Under the pieces are notes generated by a model. The model searched no databases and had not been told where the DNA came from. It saw only the letters and a program-made list of their open reading frames with translations. Made by a program: the position numbers and the translations under genes. This document shows, in pieces, positions 8,033 through 16,610 of a DNA stretch of 42,031 bases (positions within the stretch are counted from its first letter, which is position 1; each line of letters begins with the position of its first letter). The stretch spans positions 1 to 42,031 of the forward strand of contig JARGFH010000034.1 in NCBI GenBank assembly GCA_029210695.1, in the 5' to 3' direction. The stretch comes from Acidimicrobiia bacterium (lineage in GTDB: Bacteria; Actinomycetota; Acidimicrobiia; Spongiisociales; JAHEDJ01).

Positions 8033-9478
8033 GTGTCGGGAAGCCTCATCATTGCCATCGTTTCGGCAGCCGTGATCTCATGGCTTGCCTACATCTTGTC
8101 GGTGACAATGAAGAAGCAAGAGAATCCCGACCCCGGTCCCAACCGCCGCCGGCCGCTCTCGGATGAGAATCTGGAGACGCGGCGACTCGACCGCTGGCTG
8201 GCAGCCGCGGTTGTCTTCTCGGGGTTCCTGGCCGTCTCACTCCCGTTCTACTTTCTCACCGAGCAGAACCGCCAGGAGAGCTTCGTCGACGCTTTCGACG
8301 AAGAAGCGGTCGCCCGCGGCTCGCACCTCGTTGCCGAGTTCGCCTGCGAGAGCTGCCACGGCCCCGGGTTCGTAGGTGGAGCAGCCTCCTACGTCGAGAA
8401 GCGGAGCGACATCTCCGTGAGCTGGGCGGCTCCCGCCCTCGATGACATCTTTTACCGTTACGAGGCCGATGAAGTGCGATTCTGGCTCGTATACGGCAGG
8501 GCCAATAGCCCGATGCCTGCCTGGGGCCTGGCGGGGAATGGCCCGATGAACGATCAGCAGATCGACGATCTCATCGCCTATCTCGCCTCAATCGAGATCA
8601 GCCAGGAAGAAGCTCTCTCCAAGGCAGACACCGGAGTCACCGTGGCATTGAATCGTCTCGCCAACGCCGAAACGACCGTCGAACAGTCGGTGGCCGAGCA
8701 GGAGACGCTGATCGCGGAAATCGAGGCCGCGCCCGAGTTGTTGACGGTGGCGGAGAGTTTCGAGCAGCGCGCAGTTGCTGCCCTCGAATCCGCCGACACG
8801 GGCCGCGATACCGATGGTGACGGTATTTCCGATGTCGCGGAGACCGAGATCGCGGCGGTCACCGTCGCGGCGGCCGAGGCAGGCCTGTCTTTCGGCGGCT
8901 CGACGGTCGCTCCGGTTCTGCTGGACCCGGGCAACCCGGAGTCGACCCTCGGTGTGCCCGACCTACAGGCTGCTCGCACTGCGGTCTCCTCCCTCTCCTC
9001 GTTGGCTACCAACCTCCGCACAACGGCCGAGAATCAAGGCCCGCTCCTGACCAGGGCGCAATCCGGCCTCGACTTCCTCGTCGCTGCCCGGGACAACCAG
9101 CTGTGGGCCGTCGATGTCGAGCAGATCGCCGCGGTTACCTTCGGTGGCAACCGCGACGATGCAGAGCGCGCCGTCGGTTTGTTCAACTCCTACTGTGCCC
9201 GCTGCCACACGGCCGGGTATTCCGCCGGGGTCGCCTACACGGAGGAGTCCGGATCGGGCGCGTTGGGCCCGGCGCTCTGGAACGGTCGGGCGAACGTGCA
9301 GTTCGAGTCGGCGGACGACATGGTCGATTTCATCGCCAACGGATCCGAACTCGGCAAGGCGTACGGTGTCAACGGAGTCGGCAGGGGATACATGCCTGGA
9401 TTCGGGAAGGTCCTCACCCAGAGAGACCTCGAGCTGGTGGTTGAGTACCTGCGCGGCGAAACGCTACGGGGGTTCTGA
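8033..9478 (+). CDS. Membrane-anchored dihaem cytochrome c
   Basis: Two N-terminal TM helices, CESCH...MPAWG and CARCH...MPGFG, separated by a long helical spacer. Confidence 0.9.
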   Translation: MSGSLIIAIVSAAVISWLAYILSVTMKKQENPDPGPNRRRPLSDENLETRRLDRWLAAAVVFSGFLAVSLPFYFLTEQNRQESFVDAFDEEAVARGSHLVAEFACESCHGPGFVGGAASYVEKRSDISVSWAAPALDDIFYRYEADEVRFWLVYGRANSPMPAWGLAGNGPMNDQQIDDLIAYLASIEISQEEALSKADTGVTVALNRLANAETTVEQSVAEQETLIAEIEAAPELLTVAESFEQRAVAALESADTGRDTDGDGISDVAETEIAAVTVAAAEAGLSFGGSTVAPVLLDPGNPESTLGVPDLQAARTAVSSLSSLATNLRTTAENQGPLLTRAQSGLDFLVAARDNQLWAVDVEQIAAVTFGGNRDDAERAVGLFNSYCARCHTAGYSAGVAYTEESGSGALGPALWNGRANVQFESADDMVDFIANGSELGKAYGVNGVGRGYMPGFGKVLTQRDLELVVEYLRGETLRGF

Positions 9479-9479
9479 G

Positions 9480-9845
9480 ATGCGCGAACTGTTTCGCTCG
9501 ATCCTGTCGGCCAACCTGACCTTCACGGGGATCGTTCTGACCGCCGCCTCGTTTGCGGTGTTCTTCGGCAGCGGGTACCTGCTTCTCTACACGAATCTTG
9601 GCAAACGTCTCGGGTTCCTGATCGCCGGCTCCGGTGTGTTTGGGTGGGCGACGATCAACAGCCTGCTATTCGTGCTCTATGCGCCCAGGGGGCCGCGACC
9701 TGCCGACTTCGAGGGCCTCAACGCCTGGGAGATCCGGTTGATCCCGATGACCTGGATGGTCGTATCGGCGATCCTGTTCGCCGGGTTCCTGGTGACGCTC
9801 AATCGACTCGAAGACGACGACGAGAACGTCGCGAGTAGCCCCTAG
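9480..9845 (+). CDS. Small hypothetical membrane protein (3 TM)
   Basis: ATG immediately after the cytochrome c stop. Hydrophobic sequence starting MRELFRSIL. Confidence 0.75.
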   Translation: MRELFRSILSANLTFTGIVLTAASFAVFFGSGYLLLYTNLGKRLGFLIAGSGVFGWATINSLLFVLYAPRGPRPADFEGLNAWEIRLIPMTWMVVSAILFAGFLVTLNRLEDDDENVASSP

Positions 9846-9946
9846 CGGGTTGCGCTGAGTTCGGTACCACCAACGCCCGGATTCACTGCTGTCCGGGTTC
9901 AGGTGTACTCGTCATCTGTCTGGCGAGCGCAACGGTGTAATCCGGA

Positions 9947-9985
9947 GCCAATTGCCAATTGCCAATTGCCAATTGCCAATAGCCA
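9947..9985. repeat. Heptamer tandem repeat (GCCAATT)x4-5
   Basis: Read directly. It is the reverse complement of the unit at 3426-3448. Confidence 0.9.
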
Positions 9986-9994
9986 GCAGGCTCG

Positions 9995-10624
9995 CTACCC
10001 CCGGTCGTTGCGCACGTAGTAGCCCAGGATCTGCAGTTCGGTCGACAAATCGACCCGGCGCACGGCGGCGTTGTCCAGGTGGAGCACCGTCTGCGCGAAG
10101 TTCAAGATCGACCGGATGCCACAGTCCTCGAGTTGCTGTGCGACTTCCTGGGCAACCGCAGTCGGAGTAGTGATGATGCCGATCTCGACGTCATGCTCGG
10201 CGACGTCGGCTGCGAGGTGGCGGAGGTGGCGAACCTCGAGGTCGCCGATCCTGGTCCCGACTTTCTCGGGGTTTGTGTCGTAAAGCCCGACGATGTGGAA
10301 CCGGGCTGCGCCGAAGTTGTCGTAGCTGGCCAGCGCAGCACCGAGATTGCCGATGCCGACGATCACGACACCGAAGTCCCGGGTGAGGCCTAGCGCCTCC
10401 CGGATCTGCTGACCCAGCACCGCGCTGTCGTATCCAACCCCCCGTACCCCGTGGGTGCCCAGGAACGACAGATCCTTTCGGACCTTGGCGGCGTTGACGT
10501 TGACTCGACTGGCCAGGATCTCAGATGAGATCGTTCCCATCCCTTCAGACTGGAGGGTCTCGAGTGCGTAGAGATAGAGGGGGAGTCGGGCGACCGATGC
10601 CGGCGGGATTGTGACTGACTTCAC
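9995..10624 (-). CDS. rex: Redox-sensing transcriptional repressor Rex
   Basis: IPPASVARLPLY, VRKDLSFLG, GVRGVGY, VGIGNLG and ILNFA motifs. Confidence 0.96.
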   Translation of the reverse strand: MKSVTIPPASVARLPLYLYALETLQSEGMGTISSEILASRVNVNAAKVRKDLSFLGTHGVRGVGYDSAVLGQQIREALGLTRDFGVVIVGIGNLGAALASYDNFGAARFHIVGLYDTNPEKVGTRIGDLEVRHLRHLAADVAEHDVEIGIITTPTAVAQEVAQQLEDCGIRSILNFAQTVLHLDNAAVRRVDLSTELQILGYYVRNDRG

Positions 10625-10636
10625 AAATCGAATTTA
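10609..10636 (-). promoter_or_regulatory. Rex operator overlapping the rex start codon, with a candidate -10 box
   Basis: TTGTGACTGACTTCACAA (10609-10626) is one mismatch from TTGTGAA-N4-TTCACAA. TAAATT on the minus strand (10636-10631) lies 6 nt before the GTG. Confidence 0.8.
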
Positions 10637-10701
10637 CCCGCCTGAGGGCCAGATCCCGCAATTCACGGTCCCTCCGGGGGGCGGGTAGGCTCCCGCCCCT
10701 G

Positions 10702-11940
10702 ATGACAGCTCCCGATGTGGTGGTCGTCGGCGGAGGGCCTGCTGGCTCTGCCGCCGCATTCTGGCTGGCGAGTGCCGGCCATTCTGTGACGCTGGTCGAG
10801 AAGAAGGCCTACCCCCGGGAGAAGACCTGCGGAGACGGGCTCACCCCGCGAGCGATCCTCCAGTTGCAGGAGCTCGGGTTCGATTTCGATGTTCCACAGT
10901 TCCACCGGGTTCACGGCTTGCGGTCGTATGCAGGAGACAATCTCAAACTCGAAATGGAATGGCCCGACCATTCGATCTATCCGAATTGGGGTGGGGTGAT
11001 TCGCCGGGCCGATCTCGATCAACAGGTGGCGCTGCTGGTCGAGAAGCAGGGAGCGACGATCCGGCAGCAGGTCGAAGCTACGCCTGTGATCGAAGACGGC
11101 CGCCTGACCGGGGTGGAGCTCAATCACAACGGCGAGACCGAGGTGCTCAACCCGAAGGTGGTCGTAGTCGCCGACGGATCGTTGAGCCGGTTCGGGTGGA
11201 GCCTCGGGACGAGCCGGCGGCGCGACTACCCGCTCGGCCTGGCTGCCCGTGGCTACTTCTCGTCTCCTCGTTCGGACGATGGCTTCCTCGAGAGTCAGCT
11301 CGACATTCGGGATGAAACCGGGGCTGCAATGCCGGGGTACGGGTGGGTGTTTCCGCTCGGAGACGGCACCGTCAACGTCGGTGTTGGGCTGTTGTCGACC
11401 TTCAAACGCTGGAAGCATGTCAACACGAACGACATGATGGCGGCCTACGTTCGTTCGGCTCCCGACTACTGGGAGCTCTCGGAGGCGTCTCAGCTCACCA
11501 AGCCGCGGGGCGGCAAGCTGACGATGGCCCTCTCCGTTGGGCCACTGGCAGGGCCCAACTGGCTCGTCGCCGGCGACGCAGCCGGGGCCATCAACCCGTG
11601 GAACGGGGAAGGCATCTCCTATGCCTACGAGACGGGCCGGATCGCCGCCGACCACATTTCGGCTGCCCTGGCCGGCGACGACCTCTCCCTGCTGCAACGC
11701 TATCCGCAGTTTCTGCAGGACACCTACGGCGACTACTACAAGATGGCCCGAATCTTTGTGAAGGCGATCGGGCAGCCTTTGGTGATGCGGACGTTGACCC
11801 ATACGGGATTGCGGTCCAAGCCTCTGATGGAATGGGTGCTCAAGGTGATGGCCAACTTGCTGGAGCCCGAGGAGAAATCGATCGGCGACCAGGCGTACCG
11901 CCTGCTCGAAGGAATCGTCAGGGCCGCCCCCCGCATTTGA
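10702..11940 (+). CDS. Geranylgeranyl reductase family protein, probable menaquinone reductase (MenJ-like)
   Basis: VVGGGPAG, YPREKTCGDGLTPRA, PGYGWVFP and GDAAGAINPWNGEGI. Lies just upstream of the nuo region. Confidence 0.88.
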   Translation: MTAPDVVVVGGGPAGSAAAFWLASAGHSVTLVEKKAYPREKTCGDGLTPRAILQLQELGFDFDVPQFHRVHGLRSYAGDNLKLEMEWPDHSIYPNWGGVIRRADLDQQVALLVEKQGATIRQQVEATPVIEDGRLTGVELNHNGETEVLNPKVVVVADGSLSRFGWSLGTSRRRDYPLGLAARGYFSSPRSDDGFLESQLDIRDETGAAMPGYGWVFPLGDGTVNVGVGLLSTFKRWKHVNTNDMMAAYVRSAPDYWELSEASQLTKPRGGKLTMALSVGPLAGPNWLVAGDAAGAINPWNGEGISYAYETGRIAADHISAALAGDDLSLLQRYPQFLQDTYGDYYKMARIFVKAIGQPLVMRTLTHTGLRSKPLMEWVLKVMANLLEPEEKSIGDQAYRLLEGIVRAAPRI

Positions 11941-11999
11941 AACGGTTTTCGGGCGACGGTGTTGTCATAGAGCGCAAATGCGGCGCGATCGATTGTGAA

Positions 12000-12914
12000 T
12001 CAGGTGCGCTCGGCGCGACTCACCAGGTAGGCGCCTCCGATGGTGACTACGACACCTATCAGCTGGATCGGCTCGACGCGCTCTGCCAGCACCAGGAAGC
12101 CCAGGACCAGAGCGACGATCGGTACGAGGTATGCGACCACCGACCCGCGCGAGGCGCCGACGCGTCCGGCTAGGGCGAGCTGCGTCGCCCTAGCAACGCC
12201 GGTCCCTACGACGCCGAGGATGACTACTGCCAGCACGGGCACCCATTCGAATGATGAACGAGCGAGCCCGGTGAATCCGATCGGGATGAGCGCCACGGAG
12301 GCGACGGAAAGGGTGCGAAGCGTCACGGCCATCGCCCCGTAGCGTTGCTGGAGGGGCACTAGGAGGTTGTTGGCGACGCCGTAGCAAACGACTGCCGTCA
12401 GCACGTAGGCGATCCCAAGTGCCGAACCCACCTCGCCTCCGAGTGTCGGAATCGATAGGAGAACGATCCCGGAGAAGCCGACTGCCAGGCCGATGCGTTG
12501 GCGCATCCCCGGGAGCCTGCGCATCAACAGCGCAGCAACCGTGGCGGTGGCGATGGGGATGCCGCTGACCAGCATCCCGGCGACGGCCGAGGCGATCCGC
12601 TCTTCGGCCGCCGCGAACAGCCATGCCGGCGCCGCCTGTCCGACGACGCCGAGGAAGGCGATTCGACTCCAGTCGCCCCGGGCGACGGGGGAGCGGGACC
12701 TGGCGAACAGGGCCAGCGCGCCGGCACCCAGTGCGACTCTCCCGAAGGCGATCACCCCCGGCGTGAGCGATCGGAGTCCGAGGGCCATCCAGAGAAAGGC
12801 AGACCCGAAGACCAGACCGTTGAACGCCACCAGTGCCCAGTGCGAAGGAGTGAACGCCTCCCGATGGGTGCCCTCGGAGGTCGTGAAGATGGCGATTCGG
12901 GGCGGCTGCGTCAT
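12000..12914 (-). CDS. DMT/EamA family transporter
   Basis: About 10 TM helices in two EamA-like halves. Motif YLVPIVALVLGFLVLAE. Confidence 0.9.
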   Translation of the reverse strand: MTQPPRIAIFTTSEGTHREAFTPSHWALVAFNGLVFGSAFLWMALGLRSLTPGVIAFGRVALGAGALALFARSRSPVARGDWSRIAFLGVVGQAAPAWLFAAAEERIASAVAGMLVSGIPIATATVAALLMRRLPGMRQRIGLAVGFSGIVLLSIPTLGGEVGSALGIAYVLTAVVCYGVANNLLVPLQQRYGAMAVTLRTLSVASVALIPIGFTGLARSSFEWVPVLAVVILGVVGTGVARATQLALAGRVGASRGSVVAYLVPIVALVLGFLVLAERVEPIQLIGVVVTIGGAYLVSRAERT

Positions 12915-12922
12915 GATGAACC

Positions 12923-12972
12923 GTTTTCGCGCGGGGATCGCACCCTATACGGTTCGATTCCCGCGCGAGAAC
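12923..12972. repeat. About 50-bp palindromic REP-like element, copy 1
   Basis: GTTTTCGCGCGGGGATC...CACCCTATA...GATTCCCGCGCGAGAAC. A second copy lies at 36561-36612. Confidence 0.8.
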
Positions 12973-13094
12973 AGTTGCCGGGAGGGCCGACTCGTGACAG
13001 GCGACCCACCGGTAAGCGACTTACGGCCCCGTCTTTGGTTTTTGTGGTGCTACCCGAACCTCTAGTCTTGCGGCGGGAAAGAAGAGGAGCTCCG

Positions 13095-13511
13095 TTGGAT
13101 CTGGCCGCATACGTGCCCGTGGCTTTCATGTTCCTGCTCGTGATGGCATTCGCCGCCGTCACCCTCGTTCTCTCTCGTCTCGTCTCTCCGAATCGCCCGA
13201 CTCCCGAGAAGCTTGCCCCCTACGAGTGCGGCATCGTTCCAGAGGTTGAGCCGGTCCAGCGCTTTCCCGTCAAGTTCTATCTCGTTGCGATGCTCTTCGT
13301 CATCTTCGATATCGAGATCATCTTCCTCTTCGCCTGGGCTGTGAACTTCCGTGAGCTCGGCTGGTTCGGTGTCGCCTCCGTGGGGATTTTCACGCTGCTC
13401 GTCCTCGAGACCCTCGGCTACGTATGGAAACGCGGCGCGCTCGACTGGAACGTGCCCCGCCGCGCCCGCCAGGTATCCGTCGGGACCGTCGTCGACGAGG
13501 AAGCCGCCTGA
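13095..13511 (+). CDS. nuoA: NADH-quinone oxidoreductase subunit A
   Basis: TTG after AGGAG. PYECG and [14 protein letters not shown] motifs. Confidence 0.95.
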   Translation: MDLAAYVPVAFMFLLVMAFAAVTLVLSRLVSPNRPTPEKLAPYECGIVPEVEPVQRFPVKFYLVAMLFVIFDIEIIFLFAWAVNFRELGWFGVASVGIFTLLVLETLGYVWKRGALDWNVPRRARQVSVGTVVDEEAA

Positions 13512-13981
13512 TGGCTCACCCGGCCAACCCACCCGGCTTCCTGCTCGCCAACCTCGACAAGGTGAGGCACTGGGCCCAGACCCGGTCGATGTTCACCGTC
13601 ACCTTCGGTCTAGCCTGCTGCGCCATCGAGATGATGGCCACCGGGGCCGGCCACTACGATCTTGCCCGCTTCGGTATGGAGGTCTTCAGGGCGTCGCCAC
13701 GACAGGCGGACCTCATGATCGTGGCCGGCCGGGTCTCACAGAAGATGGCGCCCGTACTTCGCCAGGTCTACGACCAGATGCCGGAGCCCAAATGGGTGAT
13801 CTCGATGGGTGCGTGCGCCTCCACCGGCGGAATGTTCAACAACTACGCACTCGTGCAGGGCGTTGATCAGATAGTGCCAGTTGACATCTACATCCCCGGC
13901 TGCCCTCCCGGGCCGCAGTCGCTGATGCACGGGATTCTGACCTTGCACGACAAGATCATGAGCGGGGAGATCGCTCACTAA
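13511..13981 (+). CDS. nuoB: NADH-quinone oxidoreductase subunit B
   Basis: [20 protein letters not shown] and PGCPP motifs. Confidence 0.97.
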   Translation: MAHPANPPGFLLANLDKVRHWAQTRSMFTVTFGLACCAIEMMATGAGHYDLARFGMEVFRASPRQADLMIVAGRVSQKMAPVLRQVYDQMPEPKWVISMGACASTGGMFNNYALVQGVDQIVPVDIYIPGCPPGPQSLMHGILTLHDKIMSGEIAH

Positions 13982-14514
13982 TGACAGATGATCAGGCAAT
14001 CGACGTGCAAGAAGAGAAAACTCCTTCCCGCACACTGCCCGACCAGGCGGTCCTACGGGCGATCGCCGAGCAGTTCGATGACATCGAATGGACCCTGTCG
14101 ACCGGCCAGGATGTGTTCATGGTTCCCAAGGACCGGGTGCTGGACATCGTCCAGGCGGCGAAGGATGCCGGATTCGAGTTGCTGGCAGATCTGACGGTGA
14201 CCGACTACTTCCGAGGCAGATCCCCCCGGTTCGAACTGGTCATCAACTTGTTGTCGATGCAGCACCAACTCCGACTCCGCCTCCGTGCCCCGGTCCCGGT
14301 CGAAAACGTGCATGTGCCATCGGTGGTTGGTGTATACCCGGGAGCGAACTTCTACGAACGTGAAGCATTCGATCTGTTCGGTCTGGTATTCGACGGCCAT
14401 CCAGACCTGACCCGCATCCTGATGCCGGACGAGTGGGAGGGACATCCGTTGCGCAAGGACTTCGGGATGGGGTCCGTACCGGTGCAGTTCAAAGACTCTC
14501 ATCAGGTGCAATGA
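13981..14514 (+). CDS. nuoC: NADH-quinone oxidoreductase subunit C
   Basis: EREAFDLFG, GHPDLTRIL and GHPLRKDF motifs. Confidence 0.96.
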   Translation: MTDDQAIDVQEEKTPSRTLPDQAVLRAIAEQFDDIEWTLSTGQDVFMVPKDRVLDIVQAAKDAGFELLADLTVTDYFRGRSPRFELVINLLSMQHQLRLRLRAPVPVENVHVPSVVGVYPGANFYEREAFDLFGLVFDGHPDLTRILMPDEWEGHPLRKDFGMGSVPVQFKDSHQVQ

Positions 14515-14515
14515 C

Positions 14516-15877
14516 ATGACCGACCAAAAACGCAGAGACAAGCGCCACGTCGACGTCTGGTTGACCGGCACCGAAGAGCCCGATTGGCTCGTCGACTCAA
14601 CCGACGAGGGTGCCCAGAAGATGGCGGCTCACGAGACCGCGGCTCGACTCCTCGATCAAGAGGGCCTGGTTGTAGGCGATGACCGGGTCCTGGACGAGGA
14701 TGTTGCCCCCGAAGACGAGTTGATGATCATCAACATGGGCCCCCAGCATCCCTCGACGCACGGCGTGCTGCGCCTCAACATCGAACTCGAGGGCGAGATC
14801 ATCCGTCGTTCCAAGCCGATCATCGGCTACCTGCACACCGGCATGGAGAAGACCGGCGAGGAGCTCACCTGGCTCCAGGGACCCACCAACGTCACCCGGA
14901 TGGACTACCTCGCACCCTTCCACAACGAACTCGTCTTCTCGCTGGCCGTTGAGAAGTTGCTCGGGATCGACATCCCACCTCGCGCTCTGGCCATCCGTGT
15001 TCTGATGACCGAACTGAACCGGGTGTCGAGCCACCTGGTCGCTCTGGCGACCAACGGCATGGATATCGGGGCACTTTCGATGATGTTGTACGGGTTCAGG
15101 GACCGTGAGCGCATTCTCGCCTTCTTCGAGAAAACGACCGGCTTGCGCATGAACCACAACTACATCCGGCCGGGAGGCGTCGCCGCCGACCTTCCGCCCG
15201 ACTGGCAGGAAGACATCGAGTTCATCCTCGACAAAGTCCCACCCCGGATGCTGGAGTACGAAGATCTCCTCAAAGCCAACCCGATCTGGATGGGGCGCAC
15301 CATCGGTGTCGGAGTCATCACGCTCGAGGAGTGCCTCGCTTACTCCGTGACCGGTCCGACCCTCCGGGCCGCCGGGAGCGATTGGGATCTGCGCAAGGCT
15401 TTCCCCTATTCCGGTATCGAGAACTATCACTTCGAGGTACCGGTCGGCGAGCGAGGAGACGTCTACGACCGCTATCGGGTCCGGGTCGAGGAGATCTGGC
15501 AGTCGCTCTCGATCGTCAAGCAGGCGGCGGAATCAATGCCGGAAGGCGACTACAAGACCGACGATCGCAAGGTGGCGCCGCCACCGCGAGCTCGCATCGA
15601 CGAGTCGATGGAAGCCCTGATTCACCATTTCAAGATCTACACCGAGGGATTCCAGGTTCCCGAGGGTGAGGCGTACGTGGCGATCGAGTCACCCCGGGGA
15701 GAACTCGGTGCCTACCTCGTCTCTGATGGTGGATCCCGGCCCCTACGGATGCATATGCGGACACCATCGTTCGCCAATCTGCAAGGCCTTCCGGTGATGA
15801 TGGCCGATTCGCTCATCGCCGACACCGTTGCCACGATCGCCTCGCTCGATCCCGTCCTGGGAGATGTGGACCGGTGA
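14516..15877 (+). CDS. nuoD: NADH-quinone oxidoreductase subunit D
   Basis: NMGPQHPSTHGVLRL, GYLHTGMEK and terminal GDVDR. Confidence 0.97.
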   Translation: MTDQKRRDKRHVDVWLTGTEEPDWLVDSTDEGAQKMAAHETAARLLDQEGLVVGDDRVLDEDVAPEDELMIINMGPQHPSTHGVLRLNIELEGEIIRRSKPIIGYLHTGMEKTGEELTWLQGPTNVTRMDYLAPFHNELVFSLAVEKLLGIDIPPRALAIRVLMTELNRVSSHLVALATNGMDIGALSMMLYGFRDRERILAFFEKTTGLRMNHNYIRPGGVAADLPPDWQEDIEFILDKVPPRMLEYEDLLKANPIWMGRTIGVGVITLEECLAYSVTGPTLRAAGSDWDLRKAFPYSGIENYHFEVPVGERGDVYDRYRVRVEEIWQSLSIVKQAAESMPEGDYKTDDRKVAPPPRARIDESMEALIHHFKIYTEGFQVPEGEAYVAIESPRGELGAYLVSDGGSRPLRMHMRTPSFANLQGLPVMMADSLIADTVATIASLDPVLGDVDR

Positions 15878-15932
15878 AGACTTCTCGCTTCGCTCGCAGC
15901 CGTGAATTGACCTCCGTTCCTGAGAGGGTCTC

Positions 15933-16610
15933 ATGAGCTGGCCGGCCGAGACCATCGCCCGGGCAAACGACATCATTGCTCGCTATCCGGAGAAGCGGTC
16001 GGCCGTCATGCCGCTGCTGTACATAGCAATGAGAGAAGAAGGCCGGCTCACCGATGAGGGAATGCGCCATGTGGCCGAGCTGACCGGTTTGACTCCCGCC
16101 CAGGTTCAGTCCGTCGCCTCCTTTTACGTCATGTACAAGACGGAGTCGCAGGGAAAGTACCTGGTCTCAGTCTGCAGTTCTATCTCGTGCTTCCTACTCG
16201 GCGCCGATGAGGTTCTGCACGCCGTCGAGGAAGCAGCCGGAATTCCGGCCGGCGAGGCCGACGACGAAATCGGCGTCGAGCACGCCGAGTGCATCGGTGC
16301 TTGCGGTGGCGCTCCCGCCTGTCTCGTCAACTATGAACTGGTCGAAGGGGTCACGCCGGCAAAGGCCAAAGAGATGATCGAATGGCTCCGCAATGCCAAG
16401 CCGGAGGTCATCAACGCCGATGAGCTGCAGACCCTGTTCGGCGGCAGGCGCAGCTTTGACTGGGCGATCAAGGAAGACAACGGAGCGATCGGCCCATATC
16501 CGGCGTTCCCCCCGTTTGGCACTGCAGCTCATAACACGCCGGCCCTGGAGCCGGGACGACTCGCACCGAGTGGCTCGCGACCTGCCACCTCCGAAGGGGG
16601 CGCTTCGTGA
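15933..16610 (+). CDS. nuoE: NADH-quinone oxidoreductase subunit E
   Basis: RSAVMPLL, CSSISC and CIGAC ([2Fe-2S] ligands). Confidence 0.95.
   Translation: MSWPAETIARANDIIARYPEKRSAVMPLLYIAMREEGRLTDEGMRHVAELTGLTPAQVQSVASFYVMYKTESQGKYLVSVCSSISCFLLGADEVLHAVEEAAGIPAGEADDEIGVEHAECIGACGGAPACLVNYELVEGVTPAKAKEMIEWLRNAKPEVINADELQTLFGGRRSFDWAIKEDNGAIGPYPAFPPFGTAAHNTPALEPGRLAPSGSRPATSEGGAS

Noticed and set aside
12498..13094. Long N-terminal extensions of NuoA (and likewise NuoG, cimA, the CsoR-family gene and the antitoxin) in the ORF track
   Set aside because: They overlap neighbouring genes or regulatory DNA. Downstream starts have an RBS or stop-start coupling and give family-typical lengths.
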